Below, piece after piece: positions 56,522 through 64,000 of a DNA stretch of 64,000 bases. The DNA comes from Minisyncoccota bacterium. Lineage in GTDB: Bacteria > Patescibacteriota > Microgenomatia > UBA1400 > PJMF01. The translations under genes and the position numbers were made by a program. The DNA is taken from positions 35,818 through 99,817 of the forward strand of contig JAAYYE010000009.1 in the NCBI GenBank assembly GCA_012515515.1, given 5' to 3'. The notes beneath the pieces are model-generated. The model was not told where the DNA came from. It saw only the letters and a list, made by a program, of their open reading frames with translations, and made no database searches. The first letter of the stretch is position 1. Every line of letters begins with the position of its first letter.

Positions 56522-57580
56522 TTATTTACTTAATTCTTGATAAACTTTGATAGTTTGCTTGGCTGTTTTTTCCCAAGAAAACTTTTTTTCCCATGATCCA
56601 GCCTTTTTAATAAAATCTTGTCGTTCCTTATTTTTCCAATTTAAAATATTTTTGACAGCTTCGGCAAAATCTTCAGCTTTGGCTTTTTCTACATAATAAG
56701 CAAAATTGCCAGCGATCTCTGGTAAAGAAGAATTTTTGGCACAAATTACGGGAGTTTGACAACGCATCGCTTCTAAAATGGGCAAACCAAAGCCCTCATA
56801 AATTGAAGGCTGAATATAAGCAATGGCACTCTGGTAAATAGCAGTTAAACAGTCTGGGTCATTGCTGGTCACATCTTCAATAAACTTAACTCGCTTTGCC
56901 ACATCGCTTAGGGCAATTTGTTTTTCAATGGCGGCCCATTCTGGAATTTCTTGAGGATGAAAATTGTTGCCAACACAGACCAATTTCACATGCGGCGGGA
57001 TAAACTTTAAGCTTTTAATTAATTGCACTAAATTTTTGTTGTAATTAATATCGCCCACATAGAGTAAATAATGGGCAGGGAGATTTAATTTGCGCTGCTG
57101 ACTGCGTAAAACAGTTTCGCTGAGGGGTTTGAGTCTAGGATTAGCAGCTAAATAAATGACTCTAATTTTTTTTTCTGGCACTCCGAGGAATTCGATAATG
57201 TCTTTTTTGGATGATTCGCTATCAGTAATAATCAAATCGACCGTTTTCAGAGCTAACTTTTGGCGAAATAGCTTGATTCTACCGCGTATTCCTGGATTAT
57301 AATGCTTGGGAAATATCAAAGGAATGACATCGTGAATGGTCACCACTGTTTTAGTCAAAAATTTGAAAGGCAAGGTGGAGTGAAAAAAATCAAAATAGGG
57401 ATAATGGATGACATTAGCTTGAAAATCGCTTAATTCTGTTTCGCTCATGGCGCCAGATTGAAAAACTTCGATCCTCTGATCATTCAATAATAAACGATCT
57501 AACAAAAATCTAGTGTAAGTACCGATTCCTCTGGTCGCATTAGCATCACTTAGCGGACTGGTATCGAGCAAAACCCTCAT
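56522..57580 (-). CDS. Glycosyltransferase, GT4 family
   Basis: 352 aa. PSIYEGFGLPILEAMRCQTPVI motif. Confidence 0.8.
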   Translation of the reverse strand: MRVLLDTSPLSDANATRGIGTYTRFLLDRLLLNDQRIEVFQSGAMSETELSDFQANVIHYPYFDFFHSTLPFKFLTKTVVTIHDVIPLIFPKHYNPGIRGRIKLFRQKLALKTVDLIITDSESSKKDIIEFLGVPEKKIRVIYLAANPRLKPLSETVLRSQQRKLNLPAHYLLYVGDINYNKNLVQLIKSLKFIPPHVKLVCVGNNFHPQEIPEWAAIEKQIALSDVAKRVKFIEDVTSNDPDCLTAIYQSAIAYIQPSIYEGFGLPILEAMRCQTPVICAKNSSLPEIAGNFAYYVEKAKAEDFAEAVKNILNWKNKERQDFIKKAGSWEKKFSWEKTAKQTIKVYQELSK

Positions 57581-58402
57581 TTAATCCTCTCCCAGCTTTA
57601 ATTCCCAGCATTTCAAGTAAGCCATTGGATGATGGAGAGCGCTAAATAGGGCAAAAACAAAACCGGGCCAGGCATCCAAAAAGCCCTTGTGTCGAATATA
57701 TAATTTTAGGAAAGTGATTAGCGGTTTAATGATCATGTAATTAATAAAAGTGAATGGATTGATTCTGAGTTTTGCATCGACCAATTGCTGAGCTTTAAAA
57801 CTAGTATAAGTATTGAATTTGTGTAAATAAACACGAAAAGTTGGATTGCTATAGTGCCACAAATGACCTTCGGCAACTCCTGTTTGGCCATCAACCCACA
57901 TTTGCTCGTGAACATCTTGTTGGGGTAATCCAGCCTTGCCGTTAACATATAAACGAATGACTGGATCTGGGTATTGTCCGCCTTTTCTTAGCCACCTGCC
58001 CATAAATAAATTGTGGCGTCTAATCCACCAAGCGACTGGCGCATTGGTAGTGGCTTTTTTTTGCTTGCTCAGATTTTTGTCGGTTTTTTTAATAAAATCT
58101 GCTAATTCTTCATCGACCGCTTCATCGGCATCGATTTGCAAAACTAAATGGCCTTTGGCCTTATCCATGGCCAGCTGTTTATTAATGTGAAAGTTTTTTT
58201 TGTTGCTGGTTTTAGTGACTTTTGCGCCAAACTTTTTTGCCAACTGGCGGGTGTTATCTGTTGAGTCACCATCGATCACAATTATTTCATCAGCAAAATT
58301 TTTTACTGAGTTTAAACACTTTTCAATATTGTCGGCTTCATTGTGGGTGGCTAAAACGACTGAAATCATATGTTCATTATAACAAATTATCAAAGATAGC
58401 AA
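57581..58402 (-). CDS. Glycosyltransferase, GT2 family (small WaaE/KdtX-like type)
   Basis: 273 aa. ISVVLATHNEADNI...VIDGDSTD...IDADE, with a conserved C-terminal extension. Confidence 0.75.
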   Translation of the reverse strand: MLSLIICYNEHMISVVLATHNEADNIEKCLNSVKNFADEIIVIDGDSTDNTRQLAKKFGAKVTKTSNKKNFHINKQLAMDKAKGHLVLQIDADEAVDEELADFIKKTDKNLSKQKKATTNAPVAWWIRRHNLFMGRWLRKGGQYPDPVIRLYVNGKAGLPQQDVHEQMWVDGQTGVAEGHLWHYSNPTFRVYLHKFNTYTSFKAQQLVDAKLRINPFTFINYMIIKPLITFLKLYIRHKGFLDAWPGFVFALFSALHHPMAYLKCWELKLGED

Positions 58403-58429
58403 ATTATAAACGATAGCAAGCTATAAAAC

Positions 58430-60229
58430 TTATAAACGCTCTAAAGTGTCAATGCCGAGGATATTTAGGCCTTTTTTAATGACTAAAGCTAGCTCTTCGA
58501 CCAATTTAAGCCGAAAATCACGCCTTAGAAGGGCTAGTTCTCCAGAGGAGTCTTGTAAAATTTGATATTTATTGTAAAAACTGCCAAATTGACTGGCCAA
58601 AGTATATAAATAGTTACAAAGTAGTGCAGGATTTAATTCTTGCTGAGCTTGTTTAATGATTTTTTGAAAATTCGCTAGCTGTTGAATAAGTTCTTTTTCT
58701 AATGTTTCTAAGTTTAAATCTGGATGAGATTGATGATCGATGCTCAGTTCGCGCTTCAGCTCAATTCCTTGTTCCTCAGCTTTGCGCAAAATGCTTTTTG
58801 CCCGAGCATAAGCGTAAAGCATGTAGGGGCCAGAATTGCCTTGTAAATTTAAGACCTCTGCCCAATCAAAAGTGATGTGGAGCTGGCTGTTGCGTTTAAG
58901 GTCGTTCCATTTGAGAGCCGCAATGCTCAACACTTTGGCTGTTTCGGGATCGCCACTTAATTCTTCGGCTTTGGCTTGAGCTTTATCCAAAACTTCATTG
59001 AGCCAAATACTTTGACCTTTGCGGGTAGACATTTTGCCATCTGCAAAACGATAAAGACCGTGTTTGAGATGAATTCTTTCGCCAGCTTTGTACCAACCTA
59101 GCATTTCTTCTGCTTTAAATAATTGTTGAAAATACAAACTTTGTTCGCTGCCAACTTCATTGATAATAACTGGGGCTTCATTATTTTCACCACGATAACG
59201 AACTTGGCTCAAACGCCATTTATCAGCCGCAAGATCACGAGTGGCGTATAAAGTAGCACCGTCGGCTTTTTCAATCATCAGTGGGGGATACTGATCATCG
59301 GGGAAAAAGATTAATTTTGCTCCATTCTCGCCTGCTCTAACAAATTCTTGTTCACTTAATTCGGCGATCAGTTGTTGCAAATCTTTTTCGAAATAGGCTT
59401 CGCTAAAACCCTGGCCATTATTTTCAGTAAATTTTACTCCAAGGCGCTGGTAAATTTTATTAAATTCGACAAGCGACCAATTAATACAAGCTTGCCACAA
59501 GCGGCGAGCCTCGCTGTCGCCTGCCTCCAATTTTTTGAACCACAGTCGAGCTTCGTCATTCAGGCTCTCATCTTCTTCTGCTTCTTGGTGAAACTTAACA
59601 TAGAGTTTGACTAGTTCGGCTACTGGATTGTCGCTTTTAGCGATTGCTTCTTCATTACCCCATTTTTTAATTGCCACAATCTGTTTACCAAATTGCGTTC
59701 CCCAATCGCCCAAATGATTATCGCGAAAAACTTCATAGCCAACTGCTTCATAGAGATTGGCCACGGCATCACCAATAATTGTTGAGCGCAAATGACCAAT
59801 GCCAAATGGCTTAGCAATATTTGGTGAAGAGTATTCAACGATCACTTTTTGCGATGGTCGTTCTGTTGATAAATAATTAGCCTCGTTTTTGGGCAAATTA
59901 TTGGGCGGGTTATTGGGCAAATTATTAAAAATTTCCCAAAAAACAGCATCGCTTAAATAAAAATTAATAAAAGCTGGTTTAGCAACTCTGGCCTCAATGT
60001 CTTGATTTTGTTGATTAAAATTGTCTGCAATTATTTTAGCCAACTCTTCAGGATTTTGAAAATCTTCACTCACTAAATGATGTTTATTCATGGCAATGCT
60101 AGAGCTTAAATCCCCAAAATTGTTCAGCTTGGGTTTTTCCACTAAAATATCATCGGCTGACATTAATTGGCTCAGCTGCTCAGGCAAACTAAGATAAATC
60201 GCTTTTTGTAATTTTTGCTCAATGTTCAT
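58430..60229 (-). CDS. argS: Arginyl-tRNA synthetase
   Basis: 599 aa. Class I signature region (SSPNIAKPFGIGHLRS) and MSTRKGQ (KMSKS-like). C-terminal DALR anticodon-binding domain. A low-complexity NNLPNNPPNNLP insertion. Confidence 0.9.
   Translation of the reverse strand: MNIEQKLQKAIYLSLPEQLSQLMSADDILVEKPKLNNFGDLSSSIAMNKHHLVSEDFQNPEELAKIIADNFNQQNQDIEARVAKPAFINFYLSDAVFWEIFNNLPNNPPNNLPKNEANYLSTERPSQKVIVEYSSPNIAKPFGIGHLRSTIIGDAVANLYEAVGYEVFRDNHLGDWGTQFGKQIVAIKKWGNEEAIAKSDNPVAELVKLYVKFHQEAEEDESLNDEARLWFKKLEAGDSEARRLWQACINWSLVEFNKIYQRLGVKFTENNGQGFSEAYFEKDLQQLIAELSEQEFVRAGENGAKLIFFPDDQYPPLMIEKADGATLYATRDLAADKWRLSQVRYRGENNEAPVIINEVGSEQSLYFQQLFKAEEMLGWYKAGERIHLKHGLYRFADGKMSTRKGQSIWLNEVLDKAQAKAEELSGDPETAKVLSIAALKWNDLKRNSQLHITFDWAEVLNLQGNSGPYMLYAYARAKSILRKAEEQGIELKRELSIDHQSHPDLNLETLEKELIQQLANFQKIIKQAQQELNPALLCNYLYTLASQFGSFYNKYQILQDSSGELALLRRDFRLKLVEELALVIKKGLNILGIDTLERL
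59891..59926. repeat. 12-bp tandem repeat x3 inside argS (in-frame)
   Basis: GGGCAAATTATT GGGCGGGTTATT GGGCAAATTATT. It encodes NNLP-NNPP-NNLP on the minus strand. Confidence 0.8.
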
Positions 60230-60251
60230 AGTCTTTATTATAAGCGATTAA

Positions 60252-62696
60252 CTAATCTTTTGGTAAATAAATGCGAAAACGCTCACTTCCGTCACTACCA
60301 TAAATAGTGTGATCAGCTTTGTAATGTAACATCTCGTCATCTTTAGCAGCTACAACAATGGTTTTTTCACGATTTAAATCCTGAAAATCAATGTTTTCAT
60401 TAAATTCGTAAATGGCTAAGCTTCCACCTTGATAAGCAATTGGATTAATTTGATTACCAAACAAAACGTAGAGATAAGCGTGTTGATAATCATTGCTAAA
60501 TAAAATTTTATCAATGCCTTGCTGGTCAATCGTCTTTAAATAATCTACCGTTTCTAAATAGCCCTCGTTAAAAGCATCGCTAGTCATTTTCTGATAATTT
60601 AGATAATAATTACGCTGATAAACAAAAGTAAATATTAAATAGGCAATAATAATCGGATATTTAAGTCCCCAACGATGATCTTGAAAAAAATGTCTAAGCC
60701 GATCATAAGCTAAGACTTCCAAAAAAATCCAAGCCGGCAATGCTAAAAGAGCCCGATTGCTATGATAAGCCTGATCACCAATAATTGCTGGTAAATTACC
60801 AATAACTAACCAAGCTATTATTAATAGTAAAAGTTTTTTGCTTTTTTGCTCAAAGCGAACTTGGGGTGAAAACAAACTTAAAATATAAGTAATAATTAAT
60901 GCCAAAGCTGGATAGCTTAAAACACCAAAACGCCCATCTCCATGACGCAATTGTCCATTAAGCTCTCCTTTGGCTAAGAAATTCCAGGAAAAATAGGAGA
61001 GAGCATTCTGCGCAATAATTTTTATTTTTTCTATGATGCTGATGTCTTTAAATAAAATGCTTGATCCTGCTCTAGTTAATCCTTGACCATAAACAGCATC
61101 GTAAGCTAGAGGACTAAGAAAAAATAAGGCCAGCACGACTGCTGCCAGCAAATGCTTCCAATTAATTTTCTTTTTTCGCTGCTCAAATAAAAAAACGATA
61201 ATAAACAATAATGGAGTGGTAATTTTACTACTGTGATAAGCGTAAAGGGTCGAGCAAGCAAGAATTGTCGAAAGCAGTAAATGAGAAAAGCGTTGCTGTC
61301 GGAAATATTTATAAAAAAAGTAAAGTGCCCAAATCAATAGACTCAGGGCTATGCCAGCTTCAAAACCCAGACGACTATAATGAATATGCCAAGGAGATAG
61401 CGCCATAAAAAAAGTGGCCCACAGCGCAAGTTTCTGATCCATTTTATTTTGTATTAATAATTCTTTAGCCAAAAAATAAAGGCCTAGAAGTGCCAATAAA
61501 CTAAAAATAGCAAAGGGTAGACGCACTGCCCACAAATTTAAACCAAAGAGGGCAGTGCTAAAAGCATTTAAATAGATCGCTAAAGGGGCTTTGTAATCAC
61601 CAAATGAACGAAAAGAAATTGGTAAAAATTCTAGCCATTCATCGCGCCTGCTTTGCCAAATGGCAAAACCGTTATAACCAATAGCCGCTTCATCCACAGT
61701 CATTCCTTGGGGTACTCTCCCCAACTGATAAAAACGCAAAGCTCCAGCTAATAATAAAATTAATAATAAAATTAAAGAATTTTTAAATTTAGTTTTATTT
61801 TGTTTTTGGCGAAATTCCTTGACCAACCAATAGGGGCGCCACAATAAATAAGCAATTGCTTGCCAAAAATCGGCATTTTTTCTCGTAAATTTTTTGGCAT
61901 TTCGCCAGCTAACTCGATCAATTTCTTGCTGGCCAAAAACTGTTTGATTGGTACTTTCATGATGATGCTCAACAATTGCCTTGGCTTCAAAAATTACTTG
62001 CCAGGCTTTTTTCTTCGCTTGAAAGGATAAATCTACGTCCTCCCAATATGCAGGTTGATAGCGCTGATCAAAGCCGCCAATTGCTAAAAATTTCTTGCGG
62101 TCAATTAAGCTACTACCACCACTTGCCCAAGCATTTGGCCCACTAGTAAAATTATCCGCTTTGCTGTGTTGAAAAATTCCTCTTTCAAACCACAATTTAT
62201 TTTTGCCTGCCCAATCTTTTTCTTGACTGCCATTTTTTTCTAAACAGCTGACGGCAAATACTTCTTGATCCTGAAAATGAGGGATTAAATATTGTAAAAC
62301 GTCTGGATGCGGCGCTACATCGTTATTTAATAAAAAGACTAAGGGATGTTTGGCTAAGCTAAAGCCAAAATTTACTGAAGCGCCAAAGCGCAAGTTTTTT
62401 TGATTAATCGCTAGAACAATGTCAATGCCTTGCCATTGACCCTGATAGAAATTGGCTTGATTTTGCTTTTGCTCTTGCCGCTGGTCTTGATCTGGCTCTT
62501 GCTGTTTTAATTTAAATTTTTTAACAATAAAATTAAGCGTGGCATTATCGTCTGGACTAGCATCGTCAACAATAATTAGTTGATCGCCAGCCTGCATAAT
62601 GGCCAAAACTTTGTTTAAATGTTTAGCTAATAGGGCTTGACCCATGTAGCTGGGTATTAAGACGCTGACTGCTGGTCTTTTATTTTCTTTTGGCAT
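60252..62696 (-). CDS. Fusion protein: N-terminal GT2 (GT-A) domain plus C-terminal GT-C (GT39/83-like) polytopic membrane domain
   Basis: 814 aa. aa 1-300: VSVLIPSY...VDDASPDD...NNDV GT2 core. From ~aa 305: 11-13 TM with first-loop MTVDEAAIGYNGFAIW (GT-C DE motif). A large C-terminal soluble domain. Confidence 0.65.
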   Translation of the reverse strand: MPKENKRPAVSVLIPSYMGQALLAKHLNKVLAIMQAGDQLIIVDDASPDDNATLNFIVKKFKLKQQEPDQDQRQEQKQNQANFYQGQWQGIDIVLAINQKNLRFGASVNFGFSLAKHPLVFLLNNDVAPHPDVLQYLIPHFQDQEVFAVSCLEKNGSQEKDWAGKNKLWFERGIFQHSKADNFTSGPNAWASGGSSLIDRKKFLAIGGFDQRYQPAYWEDVDLSFQAKKKAWQVIFEAKAIVEHHHESTNQTVFGQQEIDRVSWRNAKKFTRKNADFWQAIAYLLWRPYWLVKEFRQKQNKTKFKNSLILLLILLLAGALRFYQLGRVPQGMTVDEAAIGYNGFAIWQSRRDEWLEFLPISFRSFGDYKAPLAIYLNAFSTALFGLNLWAVRLPFAIFSLLALLGLYFLAKELLIQNKMDQKLALWATFFMALSPWHIHYSRLGFEAGIALSLLIWALYFFYKYFRQQRFSHLLLSTILACSTLYAYHSSKITTPLLFIIVFLFEQRKKKINWKHLLAAVVLALFFLSPLAYDAVYGQGLTRAGSSILFKDISIIEKIKIIAQNALSYFSWNFLAKGELNGQLRHGDGRFGVLSYPALALIITYILSLFSPQVRFEQKSKKLLLLIIAWLVIGNLPAIIGDQAYHSNRALLALPAWIFLEVLAYDRLRHFFQDHRWGLKYPIIIAYLIFTFVYQRNYYLNYQKMTSDAFNEGYLETVDYLKTIDQQGIDKILFSNDYQHAYLYVLFGNQINPIAYQGGSLAIYEFNENIDFQDLNREKTIVVAAKDDEMLHYKADHTIYGSDGSERFRIYLPKD

Positions 62697-62737
62697 TTTT
62701 ATATTTTAAAAAATTGCTTGTGCATAATAAAAAACTG

Positions 62738-63853
62738 CTATACATCAATCATTTTAAATAATAGTTGATTAAAACGCTCAGGAGCAAAAGTTTCGGCTCT
62801 ATGGCGCATGGTTTCGGCAACTTTTGCTCGTTCGCGCTCATTTTTAATTAAGAATAGAGTTTTCTCAATGCACTCCTGATCAGTCTGCCATAAATAAGTG
62901 CTCAATTCATCTCCCAAAATTTCCTTATGTCCGCCTTTAGCAATTAAGATAGGCACGCAATATGCAGCCATGGCTTCGAGCGGTGCGATTCCAAAATGTT
63001 CGACCGCGCTTGGGGATTTACTTTCATCCAAACCATAGCCGGTGGCATGCCAATAAATACTAGCTTCTTCATACAATTTGACTAAATTGCGGCGATCTAA
63101 TTGCTGATGGAAAACAACTGGTAAATTTTTGGCCAAATTTTGCAGACTTTTAAAATAGGCCTCATCTTCAACTACTCCTGCCAAATGTAATTCCCAACCT
63201 AGCAATAATTTAGGATTAGTCTTAATTAATTCAGCAAAAAGCTTGATGAGAACGTCTTGTCTTTTACTGTGTAATTGGCGAAAAAATCTACCAACATGTA
63301 AGATAATCTTTTTTTTGTGCTTGAGCGGATCAGCTTGCTTGGGAAATTCTTCTAAGCTCACCAGCGGTTGATGAACCAGATCAATTTTTACTGGCCAAAA
63401 TTTTTCTACATAATTTTTGGTGAAATAGGAATTGGTATTTTTTAGCTGATAATTTTTTAGTTTTAAACGCTCAATAATGGAGCGTTTATTTAAGGATAAA
63501 GGCACCTGAATGTGTAGAATGTTTTTTTTCGCCAGTGAAAAAAAGAGTGAACCATCGGTTAAATGATAAAGAACATCAAATTTTTTTGTCCACATTAATT
63601 TTTGCCAAAAACTAGCATCGGTGCCAAGTGGCGTAGCAATAATTTTTAGGCGCGCTAAATCATGAGCACAAAATTTCTGATATTTTTGTCGAATAATTGT
63701 GTTTTTTTCTTCAGTTAAAAAGTCTTGAGAGGGCAAAGCCAAAGATACTTCATCTTTTCCTCGCTCCAATAAAGCACTAATACAATCTAATAAATATTTC
63801 TCTCCCCCACCAAAATGTTTGGGAAAATAAGGTGAATAGAAAACAATTTTCAT
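62738..63853 (-). CDS. Glycosyltransferase, GT4 family
   Basis: 371 aa. VEHFGIAPLEAMAAYCVPI motif. Confidence 0.8.
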   Translation of the reverse strand: MKIVFYSPYFPKHFGGGEKYLLDCISALLERGKDEVSLALPSQDFLTEEKNTIIRQKYQKFCAHDLARLKIIATPLGTDASFWQKLMWTKKFDVLYHLTDGSLFFSLAKKNILHIQVPLSLNKRSIIERLKLKNYQLKNTNSYFTKNYVEKFWPVKIDLVHQPLVSLEEFPKQADPLKHKKKIILHVGRFFRQLHSKRQDVLIKLFAELIKTNPKLLLGWELHLAGVVEDEAYFKSLQNLAKNLPVVFHQQLDRRNLVKLYEEASIYWHATGYGLDESKSPSAVEHFGIAPLEAMAAYCVPILIAKGGHKEILGDELSTYLWQTDQECIEKTLFLIKNERERAKVAETMRHRAETFAPERFNQLLFKMIDV

Positions 63854-63855
63854 TT

Positions 63856-64000
63856 TATAATTTTAGGGTTGAACCTTCTGTTTGCCACAGTTTTTTGACT
63901 TGCATTTCTTGTTTGTGATAGCGATCTTCTAAACTGGGCTTTTCTTGCAATTCCCAGACTTGAATGTAAACCAACATGCGATTTATTCCTTGAACTAAGG
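63856..64000 (-). CDS. Partial CDS (3' end) of unknown function
   Basis: Open frame on the minus strand running out of the window and ending at a TAA at ~63856-63858 (...LWQTEGSTLKL*). Frame choice is uncertain because an alternative frame is also open. Confidence 0.25.

Noticed and set aside
1-64000. CRISPR arrays, rRNA or tRNA genes, transposases, integrases, prophage genes
   Set aside because: No regularly spaced direct repeats. Intergenic regions are almost all under 120 bp. No ORF has transposase, integrase or phage structural motifs. The only long non-coding stretch (2997-3229) is better explained as a T-box leader.
1-64000. Alternative genetic code (UGA recoded as Gly, as in Gracilibacteria/Absconditabacteria)
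   Set aside because: Genes terminate cleanly at TGA followed by intergenic sequence and correctly spaced downstream starts, for example the ftsQ-like gene at 218-220. Conserved proteins are full length under the standard code.

Overview
This is a low-GC (~35-40%), tightly packed bacterial chromosomal segment read with the standard genetic code; TGA acts as a stop. It carries few Shine-Dalgarno motifs. The gene content (single-chain GlyRS, a DUF4012 protein, many GT-C and GT2/GT4 glycosyltransferases interleaved with housekeeping genes) is suggestive of a CPR/Patescibacteria-like or other small-genome monoderm lineage, but I cannot prove this. The first ~19 kb is housekeeping. It holds a partial ftsQ-like gene, ftsA, ftsZ, a probable T-box leader, ileS, a SEDS protein, rplU, an inserted RNA methyltransferase, rpmA and an orphan parB. 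On the minus strand it holds a partial division-cell-wall (dcw) block (mraZ-rsmH-ftsL-ftsI), then glyQS, recO and a DUF4012 membrane protein. From ~18.6 kb to the window end lies a ~45-kb glycan/glycosylation super-locus. It contains a polyprenyl-phosphate sugar phosphotransferase, manC, about 20 GT2/GT4 glycosyltransferases, four or five GT-C-type (GT39/83-like, DUF2142-like) membrane transferases, a Wzx-like flippase, a Wzy/ligase-like protein and a Wzm/Wzt ABC exporter. It also carries nucleotide-sugar enzymes (UDP-xylose synthase, GDP-fucose synthase, a UDP-GlcA 4-epimerase-like enzyme, a GalE-like epimerase, UDP-galactopyranose mutase), two SAM methyltransferases and an acetyltransferase. 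Embedded co-directionally in this locus are ruvC-ruvA-ruvB and argS, plus a RelE/ParE-RelB/DinJ-like toxin-antitoxin pair. The most interesting candidate is an apparently self-contained lipid-linked glycosylation system. It consists of a soluble DPM1-like GT2 followed by an overlapping small membrane protein (a split polyprenyl-phosphate-sugar synthase), several GT-C transferases, and one GT2-GT-C fusion protein. Part of it sits in a distinctly AT-richer ~10.7-kb sub-island (40.0-50.7 kb) that looks like an exchanged serotype-type cassette. I found no rRNA, tRNA, CRISPR array, transposase or integrase.
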